A stretch of 64,000 nt of DNA from a virus. Lineage: Duplodnaviria > Caudoviricetes. Positions 21,201 through 29,916 of this stretch are shown piece after piece. Location: the IMG/VR virus record IMGVR_UViG_3300020440_000016, positions 39-64,038 of that record, one strand, 5' to 3'. The position numbers and the translations under genes were made by a program. Within the stretch, counting starts at the first letter, position 1. Each line of letters starts with the position of its first letter. Under the pieces are notes generated by a model. The model saw only the letters and a program-made list of their open reading frames with translations, searched no databases and had not been told where the DNA came from.

Positions 21201-24200
21201 GACTTTACACACAGACATACCACACGGTTTAGTTGCTGGCGATAATATTAGTATTAAACAATTTGATGTTACAATCGATGGAATGTACAGTGTCATAAGC
21301 ACCATTGGACTTACAAGTTTTACAGTTGCTACTGAATTAACAAGTGTTTTACTAAATGATGACAGTGCAACAGGAACAATTTTAGGTTTTGATTCTGTAA
21401 GGGTAGGTACACCGGGCGACTTAAACAATCTTAAAAATTTAAGTGAACTTGAAGTTGGTGCAAAAATTTGGTTAGACAGTGATAGATACGACGGCGAAGG
21501 TGTTTGGAAAGTTTATGAAAAGACTAATGCATTTAGGGAAAATTCTTTTGATAGTATTCCTCAAGATGCAGTAACTTATGGACACACAGTAGCATACGGT
21601 GATGCAGGTAGAATGATTTTAGTTGGACAACCTAACAGAACTACAGAGGGAAGTGTTTCAATCTTAAGAAGATCGTTAATAACTTCAACAGCATCATTAC
21701 AAGGTGTGCAAGGATTTGGTATTAGTGAAAACATTTCAGATTCACTTGCAACTGATGGAAAGTTTGGCTCATCAATTTCTGTGTCAAGCACAGATACAAC
21801 AATAGCAATTGGGGCCCCAGAAGCCACAAATGGTAGACAGTTCAATGATGGAGTAAGAACAGATTTTAATTATTTAAAAATAGGTGAACCTGTAAACAGT
21901 ATTGCAAAACACGGTGCAGTCAAAGTAATGACATACAATACCTTGACTAACTTATATGAAACAGATTATGTTGTTGTAAGTCCTCGTGTAAGAGCAAATG
22001 AAAATTTCGGCACTAGTGTTGCAGTAAGTGATACAAAACTTATAGTTGGTGCTCCTGGTTATGATTTTGATACAGGAAAAATTTACATTTATAAAAAAGG
22101 TACATCAACTGACGGTAGCACATTAGATTGGGAAAAGGATGCATACGAGATTGTAAATCCTACAAACAGACAAGGTGATAGATTTGGACAAACAATAAGT
22201 GCTACAAAAGATTTATCTATTATTGTTGTAACTGCACCTTACGCCGAGAATGAAAGCGATGATAGTTCTGCAGATAAAGGCAGAGTATACATTTATAAAT
22301 TTGCGAGTGGAGAATATAACCTTTTAAAAACTATAACAGGAACAGCAGATCAAGATTTAACAGGGTCTAGTGTTGCTATCAGTGATAATGGTGAAACTAT
22401 TATAATAGGTAATCCACTGGCTGACCTTAATGAAGGAACAAGTAATAGTGGTAGTGTAACAGTGTTACGAAAAGTTGCAGACGACAACAGTTCAGAAGAT
22501 ATGTATGTGGTTGCTGACACAATTAATAATCCTTCAAGAGCAGGCGGCGAACAGTTTGGTACTAATGTTGCTGTGAATCCGGATGGTTCGGCTTTTGCAG
22601 TTGCAAGTGCTAGTGGATCTACAGAATTACAAACATCATATGATACTAACACAACTACATATGATGCTAAATCATTGCAGTTTGTTGATCAAGTAACAGG
22701 CACAGGTAGTGTTTATACATATTCTAAAATTACTGATGAATCTGTTGCAGGTAATGATTACACATCTTCGTTTGTTGCCAGCACAGCAACTTATGTTTTT
22801 GGTCAAAAACTTTCAAGTGATCAGTTAATAGGTAAAGATGCTTTCGGTCACGGACTAGCATACAGTTCAACAAGTTTATATGTAGGCGCACCATATGGCA
22901 GAATAGACAGTAACTCAGACAATGATATTACAACAGCAGATACGCAAACAGGAAGATTATTTGTTTATCAAAAAGTTGCAGATGCAGGGTGGAACGAAAT
23001 AAGAAAACAAGATAGTTTTACAAATCCATTTAGTATTGCAAAAGCATTTACATATAGAACAGATACTCAAACTGTTATTGATTATTTAGAAACAATTGAT
23101 CCTATTAAAGGAAAAATACCTTATATAGCAGAGGCAGAAATAAATTACAAATCAGAATATGACCCTGCTGTATACACTACAAGTGACCAAGCAACAGTTT
23201 CGGTTGATCCTAATACAGCATGGGCAGATACTTATGTTGGTGAAGTTTGGTGGGATTTAAGCACACTAAGATATCAGTGGTATGAGCAAGGTGATGCCGA
23301 ATACAGAAAAAATAATTGGGGCACATTATTCCCCGGATCAACAGTTGATGTATATGAATGGGTAGAAAGTAATTTAACTCCAACAGAATGGAACAGTATT
23401 GCAGATACCACAGAAGGAATTGCACAAGGATTCAGCGGTCAAACAAAGTATGACGACAACACGTATGTATTAAAAAGAATTTATGATAAAACAACAAATA
23501 GTTTTGTTAGCAGATACTATTACTGGGTTAAAAATTCTGTAATCATTCCTGAAAGGGACAGCACAGGATCGATTGCTAAGATGAATAGAAAATTACCTAC
23601 TTCTGAAATAGCATCAATTATAGCAAGTCCGCAGTTATACGGAATAAAATCTTTGCAGTTGTTAGATAGTGATACTTTTAGTGTTAGCAATATTAAAAAT
23701 ACCCTATCAGATGATAATGTTAGCATCAATATTCAGTATAGAAACACACAAACAGATATACCAGATCATAATGAATGGTTATTGATAAATGAAAATCAAA
23801 ATGAAAAAATTACTCACTCACTTATTAAGAAAAAACTATTTGACAGTATAGTTGGATTTGATACTGAAGGTAACTCAGTACCTGATACAGCATTACCTAC
23901 ACAAAAGAAATATGGTTTACAAATACGTCCAAGACAAAGTATGTATATCAACCGACTTGACGCACTTAAAGTTTTACTCAAATACACAAACGATCTTTTA
24001 GCACAACACAGAATTGTTGATGAAAAAGATATTAGCAAATTGTTTACTACTGACGCTCAACCTATTTCTACAAGCGGAAAGTTTGATAAAAAAGTTGACG
24101 ATTTTGATGATCTTGCAAAAATCAAAACAAATGATTTAATCCAAGCATCTGTGTCACCTGTAATAGTAAATGGTAGAATAGAATCAATTACAATTGACAA

Positions 24201-27200
24201 CCCAGGTTATGGTTATGAGATTGCACCTGAAATAGAAATTATTGCTGTTAACGGCAAAGGTTGTAGATTAAAATCATATATAGATTCGCAAGGAAAACTT
24301 TCATCTGTAGAAGTATTAAAAGAAGGACGTGATTATACAACTCCTACACTTTTAATTAGACCATACACAGTTTTAGTGGATGTAGATGCAACAGCAAACA
24401 ATTATTGGTCATTGTATCAATGGAATAGTGCAGAATCACAATGGATAAGAACAGTAACACAGACATTTGATTTAACAAGATTCTGGACATATAAAGACTA
24501 TAAAGTTGCTGACTTTGATACTGATAGTATTATTGACTTTAAATTAGAAAGCACTTATCAACTGAAAACAATACAACCTTCTACAGGACAATTAGTACAA
24601 ATTGAAAACAGTGGTGATGGTAATAGAATAATTTTACGTAAGGTTGATGCTGATGGAAGTTGGTCAGACGATTATAATTTAGTGTTTAAGAAAAATGCTA
24701 CAATAGAATTTTCTGATAGATTATACAATTACAATGTTTTAAGTTTTGGTTACGCCGGCGAAGAAAATTTTGATACTAATTTATTTGACGAACAACCTAC
24801 AGCAGAAACAAGATTAATATTAGAAACTTTATTAGAAAGCATTTTTGTTGATGATTTAAAATACGCATGGAACAAGTTTGTATTCATTGCCATCAGGTAT
24901 GCGTTAAGTGAGCAACCTTTTGCAGATTGGATTTTCAAAACAAGTTTGATTAGTATTAAAAATAGCCTAGGCGGTTTTAGTACTAAAATTAATTACAATT
25001 TAGATGATCCTGGTAACGTTGAAAATTATATTAAAGAAGTTAAACCATATGCTTCTACAATTAAAGATATTGTAACTGCGTATGATAATTTAGAAACTTC
25101 TAATATGATGTCAACAGACTTTGATTTACCTAGCAGATATAATGACGAAACTGAAAAATTTGTCACAGTAAATGAGACCGATGCAATAGTTACATCAAGT
25201 CCATGGAATCAATGGTTTGAAAATTATAAATTCCAGGTTGCTGAAATAAAAATTAGTGATCAAGGTGAAGGATATGAACAAGCACCTATTATTGTTATAA
25301 GTGGCGGCCGAGAACAAAAACCAAATATTGTTCAGACTACTCCTTTTAGAGAATTAGTTACAACAGATTACAACAACAACTATATCTATGTAAACACAAC
25401 TTCTGTACCAGATCATTTTTACAGTGCAGTAAATGTAAAAGCACAAAACTTTGTATATCAAATACCAAGATTTCCTATTGTACCTGAGGTAAAAGTTCCA
25501 ACTCCGTTAGGCGCTATTGGTGTTGCAACAAATGGTGTATCAATATTCAATCCTAAAGCCGCAGAAGTAGAAATACTAAATGGTGTTACATATCAAATTA
25601 ATGCTCCTGAAGTTGAACAGTTAACAGTTGACGATGGTGGCGGACATCCACAAGAAGACGGAGTATATCATTATCATTCTGATCCTAAATTAATGTACAC
25701 TAAAGATGAAACTAAACACAGCGAAATACTTGGTTTTGCATTTGATGGATTTCCAATTTATGGACCTTATGGATACAAAGCAACAAATGATCTAACTATT
25801 ACATTAATGCGTTCGAGTTATAGATTAAAAACAACACCAAGACCAGATGCTACAATGCCAACAGGTAGATATGTAGAAGACTATGAGTATATTTCTGGAT
25901 TAGGAGACCTAGACGAAAACAATGGTAGATTTATAAGAACTCCAGAGTATCCAAATGGAACCTACGCATACTTTGTGACAGTAGATCCTAATGATGTTGA
26001 AAAAGCAGTCTATCCTTATATTGTAGGACCTAATTTCCATGGTACACCGTTATTACCAAACGGAAAAGGTACTATGCCACAAAGCGATAATATTAATGCA
26101 ACTGCCACAGCATTTATAAGTAGAAATAAATTAGGTACAATAGTTCTTGATAATCCAGGTGCAGGATATACGTCAGCACCTACTGTGACTGTAACGGGCG
26201 GTGGAAATAATGTAACAAGAACTGCAAGAGTTGTTGCTGTCTTAGAAAACAAAAAAGTAAGAACTGGTAAAACAGAAATTAAATTTGATAGAACAACTAA
26301 AAGCAAACAACAAAGTACTTTGGATTATACCGATAGTTATACTGCTAATGAAGGTCAAATTAGATATAGGCTAACTTATGTGCCAACTTTAGATAAAAGA
26401 GATTTCGAAGTTACAATTAATAATGAAAGTGTATACCTTGAAAACTTTGCAATTACTATTGAATCAAGTAAAGAAAATAGAACTTATCAAAAGCAAACTG
26501 GATCTATAACTTTACAAACTTTACCTAAAGCAGGTGATATAGTTACAATCAAATACAAAAAGAATGTGAACTTATTAAATGCGTTAGATAGAATTGATTA
26601 TCTTTACAGTCCTACAGACGGAATGCCTGGCAAAGATCCAAGTCAATTAATGACCGGAGTTGCCTATGGCGGTGTAAGTGTACAAGGTTTAGAGTTTAGT
26701 GTAAGTGTTGGGTTTGATGGCTTACCTTGGTTTAGTCATGGTTGGGATACATTCTCAGGTGATAATTCAGACTATGCATTTAGAGCCGACGGTAGCACAA
26801 CAACATTTACATTACCGTATGCACCAGAGCAAGATGTAAAAGTAAATGTATATTTTGATAGTGTTAGACAAGATCCAACAAATACTCCTACTATTATAGG
26901 TGATGGAAATACAAAACAATTCACTATAAATGTTACTGCACCAGATGGTACGTTGGTAATATTTAGACCTGAAGATTCAGATGGCAGTGTTGCACCTACA
27001 GATGTAAACAACTTAGATACTATTATACAAGGTGGAAATTTTGCATACACAACAGCAACAGGTAACAAGCCAGAAGATATTTCATTAGATGGTGATGATT
27101 TTGTTACTCCAGACACATCATATGCTCCGGAAGAAGTTATTCCAGGACAAACATTTGATACGTTAGCAATGAAAGTTTACAATTCACCAGCAGATGGTTC

Positions 27201-29250
27201 ACCTATTATTATTACAAATAGATATCATGCAGATGGCAATACAAATGTGTTTAAGTTTGATCAGTTACCAGGAACAGATGCAAGTTATTTTGTTACAGTA
27301 GAAGGTCAATATAAAACTGATTCAGAATACACAATTGATTATAATACAAAAACAATTACATTCCCAAGCAATATTACAGCAGGTAATTTAGTTACAATTC
27401 AAACTTTAAATGTTGCAGGTACAAAAATACTTGAAAGAAAATCTTTTAAAGGTGATGGCAGTACAACAGAATTTTTACTTACTGCAAGATTTGAAGATGT
27501 TAAAAGTGCATTCGTAACAGTCAATGGTGTTATAAGAGATTATGTAATTAGGGACGATGTATCAGAAACTAGAACAGGTAGTGCAATTATTGATCTTGTA
27601 AATCCTCCTGTTGCTAGTGGAGATGTTGTACAGATTGTTGCGTTAAGTGGTGTTGACAAAACATTTAGTGAAATTAAGAAAACAACTATTGTAACAGACG
27701 GTAGTGCAATTGAATACAGATTAAATGAAACTCCTGGAAATATTGAACCTTTCCATGCAATGGTAGTTGTAGAAATGGATGGTCAAAGATTAAGAGCACC
27801 AGATACAATATATTATGTTGCTAATGGTGTGCAGTTATCTTATCCTGTAAGTGAAGATCCTGCTTATCCAAACTTCAGTCTAGCACTTGGAGAATTAGAA
27901 GTTCATCAGAACGGTAAAAAATTAATACCAATTACAGACTTCCAGTTTGATACAAGCACAAATTTAATTACATTCCAAGCAAATAAACTTTCCGCAGGTG
28001 ATGTAATTGCTGTAACAATACTTAGAAATCATGACTATGAAATTATAAAAGACACAGACGATGACAGCACTGCCGCAGGCAAAATTATTTTAAGACGTAA
28101 TAGTAATGAAGACAGTACAGGTTACGAAGCAGGCAAAACAATTACAGTGACTACATTTACTAATCATGACGCTAACTTAATGCGTAAAGAAGTTTTCAAA
28201 GCATCAAGTGGAGGAAATTATATTCTTTCAAGAAAAGTTGTAGATAGCAATTATGTTTGGGTAGAACTAGATGGAACTCCTTTAGTTGCTGACTTAGACT
28301 ACAAAATATTAGATGACGGAAAAACTGTTTATATAGATAATAGATTCCAACAAACAAGTACTTCACACGTTGTCATAACAAGTTTCAGCGAAGAAATAAG
28401 TTATGAACCAATTGGTTACATGGTATTCAAAGATATGATGGATAGACGTTTTTATAAACGTATCAGCAATGAAGACAGTGTATTATTGAGCACAGATCTT
28501 AAAATTAACGACAGTGAGATTATTATTGACGGTAAAGTAAATTGGTTAGACACGCCATCAATTGAAAACCTTGTACCAGGAGTACTAATGGTTGATAGAG
28601 AAAGAATTGAATACTACAAGCAGTCATACAATTCTGGTACAAATAAAACAACCATCAGTCAAATTACTAGAGGTACACTAGGAACAGGATCGCCAGATGT
28701 ACACAAACAAGGTACAAAGATTATGGATGCTGGAATAAAACAAACTATGCCTTATACAGATAAAACAAATGCCTATGAAGTTGTTATTAGAGAAGGTTTA
28801 CCAAATGGAAAATCAGTCCATGTATTAGAAACTATTAACTTTACAAGTTCTGCAAATGCACACGACCAAGTTGAAGTTTATGTAGGTGGGCGAAAACTTC
28901 AAAAACCGACTACAAATTCAAATACGATAACTAAACATAGTATAGATATTGCATTTGATAGTAATGAAACTAATAGTGCTGGTACTAGCAGTGATGTTGT
29001 ACAAGTACCCGAATTTACTATTGAACCGGTAACTGATAGCACAGTTAAAGGGTTCTACAAACTTACTTTACGTGACGAACCTGCTAACGGAACTGAGGTA
29101 AAAGTGATACAAAGAACAGGAAAAGTGTGGTATAATCCAGGAACTAGCACACCTAGTAACGGAGAAACACTACAAAGAGCAGAAACAACACAGGCTAAAT
29201 TCTTACTTGAAAGAACTAGTGGTTTACCTGTAATAAATATTAAGGAATAA
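15223..29250 (+). CDS. Giant multidomain baseplate/virion structural protein (gp7-like position)
   Basis: 4675-aa ORF after gp6; cupredoxin-like, CBM5/12-like, FG-GAP propeller, YHYH and repeated beta-sandwich modules recognisable. Confidence 0.75.
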   Translation: MAYSDREGIPANIENKDKLRNSADLLPMYFRTEANKKFLGSTIDSLISKGNLTRLNGFVGERNTNNAKPTDVYIEEPTDNRRRYNFLPSAVTKNPVNNANKWSGTYDDLINQINFFGGNTTNHSRLFESEYYAWNPLFDFDKFVNYRQYYWLTAGPSPVQVSGNPGTAVSEFTVTNNAQGAFVFTPDGFSNNPTVKLYRGGTYKFKINASGHPFNIKTALTIGIGDRYSDGVENNGIDSGTITFTVPLNAPDRLFYACQFHQSMQGFFEIKDPSAELSINVENEIVGKRNFTSKNGVELSNGMKIEFVGDVTPSKYRNKGFYVEGVGKGIVLIDEAELDTPELYSRNEEYEFDVEEFDDTPFADTLNSPLTPEYVTINRASKDKNPWSRYNRWVHKSVIEKSAEYNNTSIVLDENNRAVRPILEFKQDLKLINFGESGIGNVDLIDTTTNDAMSLVEGSFGYYVDEVLLRKGMRVIFNADPDITVKGKIYEVDYVKHNNNTRVHLIEKETPVTNNSVVIVDGKAEKGTSWYFDGTAWIKGQQKTTLNQSPLFDLFDNDGVSFSNNSIYEGTNFVGNTLASYKRGTGGNDPVLGFPISYQNVNNVGDITFEFNWDDSIFTYQKNNVTTTIDTASGLVYNFNTKTYENGWELVEGRLTKQNILQVQDTINDTVSIPVDCIKQPYLYDLDIIVEIDGKIYKSPTDFEKQIDTIKKSYTLEFVNPIPAGKRVTVKVFTDQPANQNGYYEPPINLTNNSENNDLKTFTLGSVSDHFNTIFLNNADLTGTSFGQNNSRDLEDIHKDGTRYIKHKGSILPSLLFLLENDTNFINAIRNNAKDYAFFKDKFIEKTSEIDATGNVANDLDTILFSLGANKQSTDSYFYSDMAGYGKKVSTLTYTVKNGTQNVFAINTPFDTNKISDRAVYVYLNNELLFLNNDYVFDKDDNTVTISRSLAVNDIVEIRDYDTTGNVIPHTPSKLGLYPLYKPSKFIDNSYLTPTTVIQGHDGSIVKAFGDERDNLILEFEKRIYNNVKVQYNRNVFDINKYVPGFYRNTGYTRTEFDKILRTDFGYWQSLFNIDSETNTITEETNPFSYNYKSMTNQQGERIPGYWRGIYKYYFDTDRPHTHPWEMLGFTVKPIWWEDKYGAAPYTSGNKILWHDLEKGYIADPNNLRIDKNYSRKGLSKNIPVNEYGDLKNPATINIIRAVFITEVKGNFRFGDHSPAESSWRKSSWYPFAIQIGMALSKPAQYFGSLFDTNQNQVLGNKNTIYKDTGKIISLKDVKIKDLYYNNVRFLGTGYHVFISEYLRSQGKDVKINFSDVLKNTSMNLAYKLGGFANKNRLRVLAESSNPNTADNSIFLPSENYQLTLRKSNPVKSVRISGIIVEKTNAGFLVRGYDKFRPWFNIYQPVHGQNDIGVSVGGTEAEFVLWAEGKFYGENQIVEYQGGYYRVKQNHTSTANFDNSKFTVLDELPISGGIDVAKAKTFANTVTEISYGTVYTRIQEVYDVIQGYGKWLESQGFTFNRYQTETLQVQNWDLSGREFLFWVSQGWAQGSVIALSPFADELVYEYKYGTVDSVLNSFYEYTILSANGNPIPKDAISIARSSGKFTLNTVDTRRGVFFAVLNLVQWEHLLVLDDKSQFGDIMYDQEAGYRQKRIRLIGFKTSEWDGDYMSPGFIFDEAIVQDWLAGQDYNLGDVIRNKGKYYSARKFIPGKSTFDFNDWVFIGDKPIAELLPNLDYKAGSFEDFYALESENFDSQTTELAQHLVGYQKRLYLDNMIRDEVAQYKFYTGYIREKGTKNAIERLNRLNVDGVSNNLTIDEHWAIKIGSLGSGVTIKEIELPLKEAVNVENPQGYKFVDAKSVEDNNIEQLVAGDLTLKPAQYTKDVWPTYTLDTSLTGNANRTGTTLFSTYKLPFAGYVRPDDVTTTLFNIEDLLTDPVVATLNEGDTVWVAKDQITSRQGKEKLGTWNVYRLQANPARLINPQDNPVSVTGNVLTLHTDIPHGLVAGDNISIKQFDVTIDGMYSVISTIGLTSFTVATELTSVLLNDDSATGTILGFDSVRVGTPGDLNNLKNLSELEVGAKIWLDSDRYDGEGVWKVYEKTNAFRENSFDSIPQDAVTYGHTVAYGDAGRMILVGQPNRTTEGSVSILRRSLITSTASLQGVQGFGISENISDSLATDGKFGSSISVSSTDTTIAIGAPEATNGRQFNDGVRTDFNYLKIGEPVNSIAKHGAVKVMTYNTLTNLYETDYVVVSPRVRANENFGTSVAVSDTKLIVGAPGYDFDTGKIYIYKKGTSTDGSTLDWEKDAYEIVNPTNRQGDRFGQTISATKDLSIIVVTAPYAENESDDSSADKGRVYIYKFASGEYNLLKTITGTADQDLTGSSVAISDNGETIIIGNPLADLNEGTSNSGSVTVLRKVADDNSSEDMYVVADTINNPSRAGGEQFGTNVAVNPDGSAFAVASASGSTELQTSYDTNTTTYDAKSLQFVDQVTGTGSVYTYSKITDESVAGNDYTSSFVASTATYVFGQKLSSDQLIGKDAFGHGLAYSSTSLYVGAPYGRIDSNSDNDITTADTQTGRLFVYQKVADAGWNEIRKQDSFTNPFSIAKAFTYRTDTQTVIDYLETIDPIKGKIPYIAEAEINYKSEYDPAVYTTSDQATVSVDPNTAWADTYVGEVWWDLSTLRYQWYEQGDAEYRKNNWGTLFPGSTVDVYEWVESNLTPTEWNSIADTTEGIAQGFSGQTKYDDNTYVLKRIYDKTTNSFVSRYYYWVKNSVIIPERDSTGSIAKMNRKLPTSEIASIIASPQLYGIKSLQLLDSDTFSVSNIKNTLSDDNVSINIQYRNTQTDIPDHNEWLLINENQNEKITHSLIKKKLFDSIVGFDTEGNSVPDTALPTQKKYGLQIRPRQSMYINRLDALKVLLKYTNDLLAQHRIVDEKDISKLFTTDAQPISTSGKFDKKVDDFDDLAKIKTNDLIQASVSPVIVNGRIESITIDNPGYGYEIAPEIEIIAVNGKGCRLKSYIDSQGKLSSVEVLKEGRDYTTPTLLIRPYTVLVDVDATANNYWSLYQWNSAESQWIRTVTQTFDLTRFWTYKDYKVADFDTDSIIDFKLESTYQLKTIQPSTGQLVQIENSGDGNRIILRKVDADGSWSDDYNLVFKKNATIEFSDRLYNYNVLSFGYAGEENFDTNLFDEQPTAETRLILETLLESIFVDDLKYAWNKFVFIAIRYALSEQPFADWIFKTSLISIKNSLGGFSTKINYNLDDPGNVENYIKEVKPYASTIKDIVTAYDNLETSNMMSTDFDLPSRYNDETEKFVTVNETDAIVTSSPWNQWFENYKFQVAEIKISDQGEGYEQAPIIVISGGREQKPNIVQTTPFRELVTTDYNNNYIYVNTTSVPDHFYSAVNVKAQNFVYQIPRFPIVPEVKVPTPLGAIGVATNGVSIFNPKAAEVEILNGVTYQINAPEVEQLTVDDGGGHPQEDGVYHYHSDPKLMYTKDETKHSEILGFAFDGFPIYGPYGYKATNDLTITLMRSSYRLKTTPRPDATMPTGRYVEDYEYISGLGDLDENNGRFIRTPEYPNGTYAYFVTVDPNDVEKAVYPYIVGPNFHGTPLLPNGKGTMPQSDNINATATAFISRNKLGTIVLDNPGAGYTSAPTVTVTGGGNNVTRTARVVAVLENKKVRTGKTEIKFDRTTKSKQQSTLDYTDSYTANEGQIRYRLTYVPTLDKRDFEVTINNESVYLENFAITIESSKENRTYQKQTGSITLQTLPKAGDIVTIKYKKNVNLLNALDRIDYLYSPTDGMPGKDPSQLMTGVAYGGVSVQGLEFSVSVGFDGLPWFSHGWDTFSGDNSDYAFRADGSTTTFTLPYAPEQDVKVNVYFDSVRQDPTNTPTIIGDGNTKQFTINVTAPDGTLVIFRPEDSDGSVAPTDVNNLDTIIQGGNFAYTTATGNKPEDISLDGDDFVTPDTSYAPEEVIPGQTFDTLAMKVYNSPADGSPIIITNRYHADGNTNVFKFDQLPGTDASYFVTVEGQYKTDSEYTIDYNTKTITFPSNITAGNLVTIQTLNVAGTKILERKSFKGDGSTTEFLLTARFEDVKSAFVTVNGVIRDYVIRDDVSETRTGSAIIDLVNPPVASGDVVQIVALSGVDKTFSEIKKTTIVTDGSAIEYRLNETPGNIEPFHAMVVVEMDGQRLRAPDTIYYVANGVQLSYPVSEDPAYPNFSLALGELEVHQNGKKLIPITDFQFDTSTNLITFQANKLSAGDVIAVTILRNHDYEIIKDTDDDSTAAGKIILRRNSNEDSTGYEAGKTITVTTFTNHDANLMRKEVFKASSGGNYILSRKVVDSNYVWVELDGTPLVADLDYKILDDGKTVYIDNRFQQTSTSHVVITSFSEEISYEPIGYMVFKDMMDRRFYKRISNEDSVLLSTDLKINDSEIIIDGKVNWLDTPSIENLVPGVLMVDRERIEYYKQSYNSGTNKTTISQITRGTLGTGSPDVHKQGTKIMDAGIKQTMPYTDKTNAYEVVIREGLPNGKSVHVLETINFTSSANAHDQVEVYVGGRKLQKPTTNSNTITKHSIDIAFDSNETNSAGTSSDVVQVPEFTIEPVTDSTVKGFYKLTLRDEPANGTEVKVIQRTGKVWYNPGTSTPSNGETLQRAETTQAKFLLERTSGLPVINIKE
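21577..22900 (+). repeat. Seven FG-GAP-like repeats (beta-propeller) within the giant protein
   Basis: YGHTVAYG..VGQP, FGSSISVS..IGAP, FGTSVAVS..VGAP, FGQTISAT..VTAP, TGSSVAIS..IGNP, FGTNVAVN, FGHGLAYS..VGAP. Confidence 0.75.
26788..27720 (+). repeat. Five DG(S/N)xxx(F/Y) beta-module repeats within the giant protein
   Basis: DGSTTTFTL, DGNTKQFTI, DGNTNVFKF, DGSTTEFLL, DGSAIEYRL. Confidence 0.6.
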
Positions 29251-29253
29251 GAT

Positions 29254-29913
29254 ATGTCAACAGAGGAAAACAAAGTGAGCCAAGAGCCAAAAGAAACACA
29301 AAAACCGAACGAAAACAGCGGTGTATATATGGAAGGTCATATCAAAATATTTGACCCAAAAACCAACGAAATATTGGTTAACAAACGTAATGCTATTCAC
29401 TATGAGAATATGAGCATTTCGTTAGCAGAGTCTCTTGGAAATGAAGGAAAAGGTAACATTGTTGAAATGTCCTTTGGTAATGGTGGAACTACTGTCGATC
29501 CTACAGGAATTATTACATATCTAACTCCAAATAACACTGGAGTAAATGCATCATTATATAATCAAACTTATTATAAAACTGTTGACGATAACAATGTAAA
29601 CAACATAGATCCAGCACGTAACTTTATAGAAACAAGACACACACTAGGAACAAATTATACTGACATTCTAGTAAGTTGTTTGTTAGACTATGGTGAACCA
29701 ACAGGACAGCAGGCTTTTGATAATAGCACAAATTTAGATGGACAGTTTGTTTTTGATGAACTTGGATTGAGAGCGTTTAGTACAGAAGGTGCTAATAAGG
29801 GTAGACTATTAACACACGTAATTTTCCACCCAGTACAAAAAAGTTTAAACAGATTAATTCAAATAGACTATACTGTTAGAATACAAAGTTTGACTAACTT
29901 GAGTGGGGAATAG
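29254..29913 (+). CDS. Baseplate / fibre-attachment structural protein
   Basis: HIKIFDP...NAIHYENMS, FGNGGT, FVFDELGL, LLTHVIFHPVQKSLNRLIQIDYTVRIQ; position between the giant protein and the fibres. Confidence 0.55.
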   Translation: MSTEENKVSQEPKETQKPNENSGVYMEGHIKIFDPKTNEILVNKRNAIHYENMSISLAESLGNEGKGNIVEMSFGNGGTTVDPTGIITYLTPNNTGVNASLYNQTYYKTVDDNNVNNIDPARNFIETRHTLGTNYTDILVSCLLDYGEPTGQQAFDNSTNLDGQFVFDELGLRAFSTEGANKGRLLTHVIFHPVQKSLNRLIQIDYTVRIQSLTNLSGE

Positions 29914-29916
29914 TAA

